Part shown: positions 8,657 through 16,854 of the stretch, in pieces
Layout of the letters: every line of letters begins with the position of its first letter
How positions within the stretch are numbered: position 1 is the first letter of the stretch
DNA from: Synechococcus sp. A15-28
GTDB lineage: Bacteria; Cyanobacteriota; Cyanobacteriia; PCC-6307; Cyanobiaceae
Length of the DNA: 32,000 nucleotides
Assembly: GCF_014280175.1 (NCBI RefSeq)
Contig: NZ_CP047931.1
Coordinates: forward strand, 930,001 to 962,000
Direction of reading: 5' to 3'
Notes under the pieces: generated by a model
Told to the model about the DNA's origin: nothing
Databases searched by the model: none
The model's input: only the letters and a program-made list of their open reading frames with translations
Position numbers and translations under genes: made by a program

Positions 8657-9411
8657 CTGTGTTTCAGAATGATCAAAGATCTACTCGAGACCATTCCCTT
8701 AATCACGTGCTTGACGTTGGCACACCCTATAAGATATTCGAAGCATATATATCATCCTATTCGCAATTCATAGACTTCATTAAATTTGGCTGGGGAAGTG
8801 CATTGATTGATCCTGAGTTTAAGTTGAAGAAGCAATTGTGTGATGAGTTCGATATTGTTCCTATGCTCGGAGGTACCTTTTTTGAATATATGATTCACCA
8901 CCATAGTTTCAACCATTTTATTGATACTGTCTCTAGCTTTGGGCTTAAATGCGTGGAATTAAGTCGAGGAACGATTGACATTGAGGATGCTTTATATGCA
9001 TCATATATTAAGTCTTTAGTGACTGATTTTTTTGTGATGAGTGAGGTCGGACGTAAGTCTGCACATCCTTCCTTGGCTCTTACTTCTTCACAATGGCTTT
9101 CTCATTGCGAATTATCTGCCAATGCAGGAGCTTCCTTGGTGATTTTGGAATCTCGGGAGTCTGGACGATCTGGTTATGTTTCGACAAGCGGTGATGTTAA
9201 TGCTGTGATGATTGACTCGATCACAAAAGTAGTTCCTGTGGATTCTCTTCTTTTCGAAGCTCCTATCAAATCGGTGCAGACTTTCTTGATCAAGCGATAC
9301 GGGGCTTCGGTTAACCTAGGGAATTTGGCTTTGTCAGACTTGATGTCTGTTCAGTCCCTGCGATTTGGGCTCCGCTCAGACACATTACTTGATGTTCAGG
9401 AAAGTCTTTAG
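8632..9411 (+). CDS. comA: (2R)-phospho-3-sulfolactate synthase family protein (ComA/YitD-like)
   Basis: 'FIDFIKFGWGSALI', 'GGTFFEY', 'VELSRGTI', 'VMSEVGRK', 'VILESRESG', 'LLFEAP.K..Q', 'GASVNLGN' and 'LRFGLRSDT' match my recollection of M. jannaschii ComA and B. subtilis YitD almost block for block. The start may instead be GTG 8659. Confidence 0.85.
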   Translation: MQRSDSELAVFQNDQRSTRDHSLNHVLDVGTPYKIFEAYISSYSQFIDFIKFGWGSALIDPEFKLKKQLCDEFDIVPMLGGTFFEYMIHHHSFNHFIDTVSSFGLKCVELSRGTIDIEDALYASYIKSLVTDFFVMSEVGRKSAHPSLALTSSQWLSHCELSANAGASLVILESRESGRSGYVSTSGDVNAVMIDSITKVVPVDSLLFEAPIKSVQTFLIKRYGASVNLGNLALSDLMSVQSLRFGLRSDTLLDVQESL

Positions 9412-9483
9412 ACGTGCTTTTCGTGTTTGTTTGATCCATGGTCATTCCCCTACTTTCCGCCTATCATGAGTTAGTACATTACC

Positions 9484-10377
9484 TTGAAAAAAGCGGTGGC
9501 AAGAGTTACTAGATTTGCATTTGTCCTTTTAATTGGAATAATATTTTCTCTTGGCTTTACTTTTCCTTTGAACGTCGAAGCTGCTGAAAATAGTTTTATC
9601 AATGATATTCAGCAGCGCGGTTTTCTAAAGGTTGGCTTGCCACCTTATAATACTCCCCCCGCTTATTATATTGACCCAAAGACTGACAAACTGTCGGGTT
9701 ACGATGTAGAGTTGGCGCGGCAATTGGCGGGCAAGTTAGGAGTTAATGTCGAATTTGATCGGACATCTGAGAGCTTTAATTCTCTTGTGAAAAGGGTTGG
9801 AGCTGGCGATTTTGATCTGGCAATCGGCAAGCTTGGGCTCACTTATAACCGTTTGTATGATGCATTCCCAATTCAATACCTCAGCTTCCGCCACGCTCTA
9901 CTTGCGAATCGCAAATTCATTTCTTCCTTAAAGGTTGATCCTGACGATCCTGAATTTGGCAGCGCCCTTAAAAGTTCGCAAATACGTATTGGTTCGATCT
10001 CGAACTCTACTTGGGAGACAGAGGCAAGGGTCAATTTCCCTAATTGTGAGTTCGTTGGTTTCTCCAGCTGGGATGAAGCTAAAAAAGCTCTGTTTGATGT
10101 AGATCCCAAAACAAACATGTCAACTATTGATGCGATCTATCGTGATGCGACCGAAATCAAGCCAATTGTATATAAAAATCCTGATTTGTCGTTGGATTTC
10201 GTTCCAGTTCTCTTTGATGACACTATTGACCGTAAATCTATATACCTCTCGGAAGCTGGGCATATTGCTTTCTCGGACTTTCTGAATACATTCATTCGTC
10301 GTGAATGGGGAGAGGTAAAAACTGATCAGCGAATTCTTGATGATTTTCAGTCTTACTACCAGCCATCAATTAATTAA
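9484..10377 (+). CDS. Periplasmic solute-binding protein, family 3 (polar amino acid/organic anion SBP fold)
   Basis: TTG start (or GTG 9496). Sec signal 'FAFVLLIGIIFSLGFTFPLNVEA|AE'. SBP_bac_3-like 'GFLKVGL...PPAYYIDPKTDKLSGYDVELARQLAGKLGVNVEF'. Confidence 0.75.
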   Translation: MKKAVARVTRFAFVLLIGIIFSLGFTFPLNVEAAENSFINDIQQRGFLKVGLPPYNTPPAYYIDPKTDKLSGYDVELARQLAGKLGVNVEFDRTSESFNSLVKRVGAGDFDLAIGKLGLTYNRLYDAFPIQYLSFRHALLANRKFISSLKVDPDDPEFGSALKSSQIRIGSISNSTWETEARVNFPNCEFVGFSSWDEAKKALFDVDPKTNMSTIDAIYRDATEIKPIVYKNPDLSLDFVPVLFDDTIDRKSIYLSEAGHIAFSDFLNTFIRREWGEVKTDQRILDDFQSYYQPSIN

Positions 10378-10392
10378 TTTCTTCCTTTAGTC

Positions 10393-11775
10393 ATGTCCTT
10401 CTCAACCTCTAATAGTTTTTTTCATCGGCTTTTCTCTATTCTTCCTGTACTGCGTAAGCCGCGAAACTTTTTCTTCTATATTCTTCCTTTTTCGATTGTC
10501 TTTGGTCGCATTATTCCGCCATCCTATGCATCAGCTTTGAATGAAGCTGGTCTGGCGATGGTTCAACTTATTGCTTTCCCGGCCATTCCTTTGGTCTTGT
10601 CGGCGGTGATGATCTCGATTTGTAATATATTTAGTGCGAATAACCGATCACGACTTAGTAGGGTTCGCTTCTCTGGTCGTTTCTTGATATCTCTGTCGTT
10701 GACAATCCTCTTGGCTGCTTTGCTAGCCATTCTTCTCTCGATCTATCAGTCGCCAGGTGTGTTGTCGCCAGAAGGTAAATTGTCAATTGGTCGGTTTATG
10801 CTTGACATTACTGATATACGTATCGGATCTGCTCTGGTTGATTCGGAAGCTGCGAGTGATTTTTGGATTGCGAAGATTGTTCCAAGTAATATCCTCGCTG
10901 ATGCGTCACAAGGCCAGACGCTACGAGTGATTAGTGGTTCGGTTTTGGCTGGTATTGCAATGTCAAAGCTCAAGCCTTCTTTAACTGACCCTTTGATTTC
11001 AGTATTGAGAAGCGTCAATTCTACATCTGTTCAGGTATTGAATATTGTTCTCAATCTTGCTCCTCTTGTTCTGATCTGTTTGATATCAGGCGCGGTGTCA
11101 ACCATAAATGCTGAGATTGTTGTCGCCTTGTTGAATTTCACGATCTGTGTATTTTTGACAGCTATAGCATCGCTCGGGATTTCACGCCTTGTTTTTCGGA
11201 GATTTACATCCACGAGCGAGCGTGACTCGCTCTCGTCTAATCCCATCGACTCGGTATTTCTGCTCAGTCTTTCGACCGGGAGCAGCATGACTGCCTATCC
11301 CTTGATGTATGAAACATTAATCGGAATTGGGAGGGACGAGTCTGAGGTTGAAGCGTCAGCCTCGCTGAGTTTGTTAATCGCTCGCCTAGGCAATGTCACG
11401 TACAATGTCATTGCGATCATGTTCGCTTTGAATCTTTATGAAGTAGGCATAACTCCTGTGCGGTTTTTCGAAATCCTCGTTCTAGGTGCGGTTACTGGAA
11501 TATCAGCAGCAGGTTTGACGGGCGTTGCGACTGTCCCCACCATCGGAGTCGCTCTTGCATACTTCCAGCTTCCTGTTCCACCTGTGCTTGTTCTTCTTCT
11601 TGCGATTGATCCGATTCTTACTCTTCCACGTGCTGCGACGACAGGTGTTTTGGCTATGGCCATCTCTGTTATCTCCTCAGGACGTTCTACTTCGACAGAA
11701 TCTTCTTCGAAGTCTGGATCATCCTTTTCACTTCTCAGTCAGGATGGTGAAGCTCCCTCATTGGAAGGAGGCTGA
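10393..11775 (+). CDS. Divergent dicarboxylate/amino acid:cation symporter (DAACS/SDF, GltP-like)
   Basis: 460 aa polytopic protein. HP1-like 'STGSSMTAYP', TM7-like 'GNVTYNVIAIMFA', HP2-like 'GISAAGLTGVATVPTIGVAL', TM8-like 'AIDPILTLPRAATTGVLA'. Ser-rich C-terminal tail. Confidence 0.7.
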   Translation: MSFSTSNSFFHRLFSILPVLRKPRNFFFYILPFSIVFGRIIPPSYASALNEAGLAMVQLIAFPAIPLVLSAVMISICNIFSANNRSRLSRVRFSGRFLISLSLTILLAALLAILLSIYQSPGVLSPEGKLSIGRFMLDITDIRIGSALVDSEAASDFWIAKIVPSNILADASQGQTLRVISGSVLAGIAMSKLKPSLTDPLISVLRSVNSTSVQVLNIVLNLAPLVLICLISGAVSTINAEIVVALLNFTICVFLTAIASLGISRLVFRRFTSTSERDSLSSNPIDSVFLLSLSTGSSMTAYPLMYETLIGIGRDESEVEASASLSLLIARLGNVTYNVIAIMFALNLYEVGITPVRFFEILVLGAVTGISAAGLTGVATVPTIGVALAYFQLPVPPVLVLLLAIDPILTLPRAATTGVLAMAISVISSGRSTSTESSSKSGSSFSLLSQDGEAPSLEGG

Positions 11776-12227
11776 TGAAGCTCCTGCCAGGCATTGTTGA
11801 ATTGGTTGAAATCCTTAGCAAATTCTTTATTTCTTTGCTGACGGTCTGTCTGTTGACGGCTTGCTCTGTGCGCAATGAACCACCGCGTGCCATTGTCATC
11901 GAGGCTTTGCAGTCTCAAATCCTCACGACTCAAGTCTCCATTGCCCAGAGTCTGGACTTAGAGCCATTAGCTTCTGCACCAGATGTCAGTCGTGTTCGCG
12001 TTGACCATCAAGAAGCTCTGCAGGTTGATGGAGAGCGTTTCGTTCATCTGGAAGGAAGTTTTGATTGGCAATTGCCTCGAGATAGTGTTCGCGTAGACAG
12101 TACTTTTGATCTTTACCTTCAGCGTGGTTCGCGTGGTGAGGGCTGGAATCTGGCCAGACCTGTCACCAGCGATGGTGATGAGGCCCAGCGTTGGTTGCTC
12201 TATCCCCTCGGCTTGCCCGCAAGTTGA
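11775..12227 (+). CDS. Hypothetical lipoprotein
   Basis: Strong GGAAGGAGG lies 6 nt upstream. Start overlaps the upstream stop (TGATG). Lipobox 'LLTAC'. Composition is intermediate between the island and the backbone. Confidence 0.5.
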   Translation: MKLLPGIVELVEILSKFFISLLTVCLLTACSVRNEPPRAIVIEALQSQILTTQVSIAQSLDLEPLASAPDVSRVRVDHQEALQVDGERFVHLEGSFDWQLPRDSVRVDSTFDLYLQRGSRGEGWNLARPVTSDGDEAQRWLLYPLGLPAS

Positions 12228-13115
12228 TCAGGTCTGACGGCTGGAGAGGCTGATGAACGAGGCGCTCAGCACCAACGCTGCACCCATGCATGTGAATGCG
12301 GTGATCGATTCGTTTAACCAGATCCAGCCCCAGCTCGCTGCAAACACCACCTGCACGTAGTTCAACGATGTCGCCCTCGCCGCCGGCAGGCAGCTCAGCC
12401 CCTTGGTGACCCAGATCTGGCCAAGTTGGGTCAAGACACCGACTCCGAGTAACCAGAGCCAGTCCAGTCCCACTGGCCAGACTCCGTTTTGAATCACCAT
12501 CGGCAGCGTCAAGGGAATTGACACGAGTGGGAAATAGAGAATGATCACCAACGGGTGTTCCTTGGTGGATAAACGGCGGACGCACACGTAAGCCAGGGCC
12601 GTAAACAGGGCTCCGCCCAGGGCTGCCATCACGGGTTGTGTTGCCAGTCCGATTTGGCCCGCACCAAGCCATTCCGGCTGGATCACCATCACCACGCCGA
12701 TCCAACCCAGCACCACGGCGATGCCGATGCGACGACGCAATCGCTCCCCAAGCAACAGCCAGGCTGCACCCGCTGTAAAGGTTGGGTACGTGTACTGCAG
12801 AACCGTTGCGGACGCCAGTGGTAGCGAGGTGATCGCTTCGAAGAAGCAGAGGAGAGCAATGCTCCCGCAAATGCCACGCAGCAACAGCAAGCGTCGGTTG
12901 CTGCCCAGGGGATTGATTCCTCCGAGCGCCATGGCTGTTCCCGTCAAGGCGATGCTCACAACCGATCGAACCAGCACGATCTCGCTGACGGGGATTCGCC
13001 CCCCCAGTTGCTTGACGCACACCGTCATCAGGCTGAAGGCCAATGAGCTCAGAACCAGGGCCCTTGCCCCCTGGATCTCCTGGCGCTGCCACCAAGCCAA
13101 GGTCTGCTCATTCAT
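12228..13115 (-). CDS. EamA/DMT-family transporter
   Basis: 295 aa, about 10 TM, two EamA-like halves. Its stop abuts the stop of the convergent upstream gene with zero spacer. Confidence 0.8.
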   Translation of the reverse strand: MNEQTLAWWQRQEIQGARALVLSSLAFSLMTVCVKQLGGRIPVSEIVLVRSVVSIALTGTAMALGGINPLGSNRRLLLLRGICGSIALLCFFEAITSLPLASATVLQYTYPTFTAGAAWLLLGERLRRRIGIAVVLGWIGVVMVIQPEWLGAGQIGLATQPVMAALGGALFTALAYVCVRRLSTKEHPLVIILYFPLVSIPLTLPMVIQNGVWPVGLDWLWLLGVGVLTQLGQIWVTKGLSCLPAARATSLNYVQVVFAASWGWIWLNESITAFTCMGAALVLSASFISLSSRQT

Positions 13116-13134
13116 GCGTGTGCTCTAGCTCCTG

Positions 13135-15225
13135 ATGGGTGGACGCGGACCTGTGACTTCGCAGAATGGCCCCATGGTCAATGCCCGTCTTCACCCCCGC
13201 ACGATCGACGCCGTCAAGGAGCGGGCCGACATTGTTGATGTGGTGGGTGACCACGTTGTTCTGAAGAAGAAGGGACGGGAGTTTGTCGGCATCTGTCCGT
13301 TCCACGACGACAGCAAGCCGTCGATGACGGTGTCTCCCGCCAAGCAGTTCTACTACTGCTTCTCCTGTGGTGCCGGCGGCAACTCCATCAAGTTCCTGAT
13401 GGAGTTTCAGCGACAGAGTTTCAGCGACGTGGTGCTTGACCTGGCCCGGCGCTATCAGGTGCCTGTCGAGACTGTTGACGGCCCTCAGCAGGAGCGGCTG
13501 AAGCAGCAACTCTCCAGGCGAGAGAAGCTGCAACGTGCTCTGGCACTGGCGGCTGGTTGGTTTCGCAGCCAGCTGCGCAGTCCAGTGGGTGAGCCAGCCC
13601 TTGCTTACCTCACTGAAGCTCGTGGCCTTTCACCATCCACCCAGGAGACGTTTGGCCTTGGCTATGCCCCCGATCAATGGGACGGGCTGCTGAAGCATCT
13701 GCAGCAGGTGGAAGGACTCCCCCCTGAGCTCTTGGAGGCGGCTGGTTTGGTCGTTCCCCGCAAAGGTGGAAACGGCTTCTACGACCGTTTTCGCCATCGG
13801 GTGATGGTTCCGATTCACGACCGTCAGGGCCGTGTGATCGGTTTCGGTGGCAGGAGTTTGGACGGCAGCGAGCCCAAGTATCTGAATTCGCCAGAGACGG
13901 AGGTTTTCGAGAAAGGCAAGCATCTTTTCGGTCTCGACAAGGCCACCAACACCATTCGCAAGCAGGACCGCGCTGTGGTGGTGGAGGGCTACTTCGATGT
14001 CATCGCTCTGCATGCAGCCGGGATCACCAATGCGGTGGCGTCCCTTGGAACGGCCCTCAGCAGCCAGCAGATCACCCAGCTCTGTCGCGTCACCGATGGC
14101 AAGCGCATCGTTCTCAACTTCGACGCCGACGGCGCTGGCGTGCGTGCTGCTAACCGCGCCATCGGTGAAGTCGAGCAGCTGGCCCTGCAGGGCCAGCTTG
14201 AGCTGCGGGTGCTGCATCTGCCCTCCGGCAAGGACCCGGATGAGTTCCTGAAGGACCATGGCGCCGGGGATTACCGGGCCCTGCTTGACCAGGCGCCCCT
14301 CTGGTTGGACTGGCAGATCGAACAGGCCCTCGCTGATCGCGACCTGGCCAAAGCGGATCAATTCCAGCAGGCGGTCTCGGCCCTCGTGGCTCTGCTGGGC
14401 AAGCTGCCCCAGTCGGCGGTGCGCACGCACTACCTCCAGCGCGTTGCTGAACGCCTTAGTGGAGGCCAGGGCCGACTGGCGCTGCAGCTGGAGGAGGACC
14501 TGCGCCAACAGGTCAAGGGGCAGCGTTGGCATGGTCGCTCCAGCCGCCATGACCAACCTGGCGACATCAGTCAGCGGGAGCGCTGTGAGGCTGATCTGCT
14601 GCGGCTTTATCTGCATGCCCCCCGACACAGGGGAACGATCCGCCAGGAGTTGCGGCACCGGGAACTGGAGGATTTCGCGATTCCCCATCACCGGCTGCTG
14701 TGGGCATCGTTGACGGAACTTGAGGAGACCAACCTGGGAGTTGGTCGCCTGGAAGCCATCAGCTGTGGTGAGGATGACGGGGATGGTCTGGACGGGCTTG
14801 ATCTGCCCCGTCTGCTCACGGACCAGTTGCTGTTGGAAAACAGTTCGCTGCTGTCTCGGCTGACGCCATTGCTGGAGCCGGGGGAACTGGAGCGTGTCGC
14901 TCTGGCGGAACCGCTCGAACAGCTTCGAGGCCTCATGGCACTGCTGGAGCGGCAGAAGAGTTTCAAGCGCTGCCGCCATCTGCTCGAAGCCTGGGGTGGG
15001 CAGCGTCTGCAGACTTTGGAAGCCTGCATTGCCGTTTTGGTTCAAGAGAACCAGGAGGATCAGCAGGACGTGGATATGGAAGGTCGCATCGAGACGCTCT
15101 TCGAGCAGCTCAACCGTGATGCGTTGCACTACCAGGAGCTCTACTACACCGAGAGAAAGCACATCCAGCACCTCGATCAGCAACGTCGCGGCGGCTTCCA
15201 GACGGTTGATGCCTTGTCGGCCTGA
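13135..15225 (+). CDS. dnaG: DNA primase
   Basis: Zinc-ribbon 'CPFHDDSKPSMTVSPAKQFYYCFSCGAGGN', RNA polymerase core, and TOPRIM 'VVVEGYFDVIAL ... NFDADGAG'. An alternative start is ATG 13174. Confidence 0.95.
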   Translation: MGGRGPVTSQNGPMVNARLHPRTIDAVKERADIVDVVGDHVVLKKKGREFVGICPFHDDSKPSMTVSPAKQFYYCFSCGAGGNSIKFLMEFQRQSFSDVVLDLARRYQVPVETVDGPQQERLKQQLSRREKLQRALALAAGWFRSQLRSPVGEPALAYLTEARGLSPSTQETFGLGYAPDQWDGLLKHLQQVEGLPPELLEAAGLVVPRKGGNGFYDRFRHRVMVPIHDRQGRVIGFGGRSLDGSEPKYLNSPETEVFEKGKHLFGLDKATNTIRKQDRAVVVEGYFDVIALHAAGITNAVASLGTALSSQQITQLCRVTDGKRIVLNFDADGAGVRAANRAIGEVEQLALQGQLELRVLHLPSGKDPDEFLKDHGAGDYRALLDQAPLWLDWQIEQALADRDLAKADQFQQAVSALVALLGKLPQSAVRTHYLQRVAERLSGGQGRLALQLEEDLRQQVKGQRWHGRSSRHDQPGDISQRERCEADLLRLYLHAPRHRGTIRQELRHRELEDFAIPHHRLLWASLTELEETNLGVGRLEAISCGEDDGDGLDGLDLPRLLTDQLLLENSSLLSRLTPLLEPGELERVALAEPLEQLRGLMALLERQKSFKRCRHLLEAWGGQRLQTLEACIAVLVQENQEDQQDVDMEGRIETLFEQLNRDALHYQELYYTERKHIQHLDQQRRGGFQTVDALSA

Positions 15226-15263
15226 ACCCCTTGAGCGGAGGATGGTTCTGACCTGATCCCGCG

Positions 15264-16277
15264 GTGATGGGCCTGTTTGAGCGCTATCTCTCCCTTTGGA
15301 TTGCTCTGGCAATTGTGGTGGGCGTGGTCCTGGGGGGCCTGCTGCCTGATCTGGCGGCCTGGATCGCCTCGCTGGAGGTGGCCCGCATCAACCTTCCCAT
15401 CGCCGTTCTCATCTGGGGGATGATTGTCCCGATGATGCTGGCGGTGGACTTCTCCGCCATCGGCGGCATCCGCCAGCAACCACGCGGACTGCTGATCACC
15501 GTGGCGGTGAACTGGTTGATCAAGCCGCTCACGATGACGGCTTTGGCCTGGGTGTTCATCCGTGGCGTGTTCGCGGCCTGGATCCCGGATGCCATGGGCC
15601 AGGAGTACGTGGCCGGCATGATTCTGCTGGGGGTGGCTCCCTGCACCGCAATGGTGTTTGTGTGGAGTCGCCTCAGTGATGGGGATCCCAACTACACCCT
15701 GGTGCAGGTGGCCGTGAACGACCTGATCATGGTGTTCGCCTTTGCACCGATTGCGGCACTGTTGCTGGGGGTGAGTGATGTGCTGGTGCCGTGGGACACG
15801 ATGATCACGGCGGTGGGCCTGTTCGTGGTGGTGCCCTTGGCGGCGGGTTGGTTGATGCGGGTGTTGTTGAAGTCTCCCGGTCGGATCGAGCGCTTGGAGG
15901 CTCAGCTCAAACCGCTGTCGATCACGGCGCTGATCGCCACCGTGCTGTTGCTGTTCATGGTGCAGGCCCAGGCGATCCTGTCCAATCCCCTGGCGATCGT
16001 GTTGATTGCGATTCCGCTGATCCTGCAGACCTATTTGATCTTCTGGCTCACGGCGCAGTGGATGCGTCTCTGGGGGCAACCGCGCACGGTTGCAGCCCCC
16101 GGCGCCATGATCGGCGCCTCCAATTTTTTTGAACTGGCGGTGGCTGTGGCCATCAGCCTGTTCGGCTTGAATTCCGGCGCCGCCCTCGCCACTGTGGTGG
16201 GCGTGCTGGTGGAGGTGCCGGTGATGCTGTCGCTGGTGGCGATCGCCAACCGCAACCAACGTCTGTTCCCCGCCTGA
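15264..16277 (+). CDS. acr3: ACR3-family arsenite efflux transporter
   Basis: '[17 protein letters not shown]', '[16 protein letters not shown]' and the ACR3 signature '[13 protein letters not shown]'. GTG 15264 and ATG 15267 are both possible starts. Confidence 0.9.
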   Translation: MMGLFERYLSLWIALAIVVGVVLGGLLPDLAAWIASLEVARINLPIAVLIWGMIVPMMLAVDFSAIGGIRQQPRGLLITVAVNWLIKPLTMTALAWVFIRGVFAAWIPDAMGQEYVAGMILLGVAPCTAMVFVWSRLSDGDPNYTLVQVAVNDLIMVFAFAPIAALLLGVSDVLVPWDTMITAVGLFVVVPLAAGWLMRVLLKSPGRIERLEAQLKPLSITALIATVLLLFMVQAQAILSNPLAIVLIAIPLILQTYLIFWLTAQWMRLWGQPRTVAAPGAMIGASNFFELAVAVAISLFGLNSGAALATVVGVLVEVPVMLSLVAIANRNQRLFPA

Positions 16278-16278
16278 G

Positions 16279-16536
16279 ATGTCTGAATTCTTCGAAGCGA
16301 TCTGGCACGGCGAGGGCATCGGCGACGGTGCCGACCTGGAGGAAGCTCTCCAGTCCTATGTCGTGGTGAAACCTGATGACGGCGACTGGGTGGAGGCCTG
16401 TGCCGCTGATGGGGCGGATCCAGTGATTGAACGCTTTCCTTCCTTTGACGCCTATCTGGACAATGCCGATCCGCTGGAGACCATTGCAGTGTCGCCGCAG
16501 ATGATTGCTGAGGCGATCGCGCTGTTGCCGGTCTGA
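16279..16536 (+). CDS. Hypothetical small acidic protein
   Basis: 85-aa ORF, 1 nt after the acr3 stop. GC3-rich codon pattern. No recognisable motif. Confidence 0.5.
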   Translation: MSEFFEAIWHGEGIGDGADLEEALQSYVVVKPDDGDWVEACAADGADPVIERFPSFDAYLDNADPLETIAVSPQMIAEAIALLPV

Positions 16537-16832
16537 TGTCGGACGCTCAGCTCGATTTCGCGGCCCTTACGCCCGTGAACCATCTCTGGCCCGCCTTCGT
16601 CGAGCGTCTTGGCACCGACAAAGCCCAGCGAGCCGTGCGGCAAGCCCTTGATCTTCAGGGCATGCGTGGCCATGACGGCACGTTGCCGGTTCTGTTTGTC
16701 GAAACCGGTGGTCTTGCACTGGCGAGTACCGATCTGGTGCGGGAGCAGACGGGACTCAATGCCCATGGCGATCGGATGGTGCTACTGCTCAGCAGCCGCG
16801 ATCAGGTGATCCAGTTGCTGCAGCAGGCTTAG
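16536..16832 (+). CDS. Hypothetical protein
   Basis: 98-aa ORF whose start overlaps the upstream stop (TGATG). No recognisable motif. Confidence 0.5.
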   Translation: MSDAQLDFAALTPVNHLWPAFVERLGTDKAQRAVRQALDLQGMRGHDGTLPVLFVETGGLALASTDLVREQTGLNAHGDRMVLLLSSRDQVIQLLQQA

Positions 16833-16854
16833 AGCTCTGTTCTCTGCTTCCTGC

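Noticed and set aside
13630-15312. 560-aa ORF antisense to dnaG. The same applies to 15177-16319 (antisense to acr3), 17284-18270 and its nested ORFs (antisense to umuC), 12163-13095 (alternate frame of the DMT gene), 18722-19372 (antisense to the RTX gene) and 20968-21615.
   Set aside because: Long stop-free shadow frames are typical of high-GC DNA. Their translations are Arg/Pro/Gly/His-rich with no motifs, whereas the opposite-strand genes have unmistakable family signatures.
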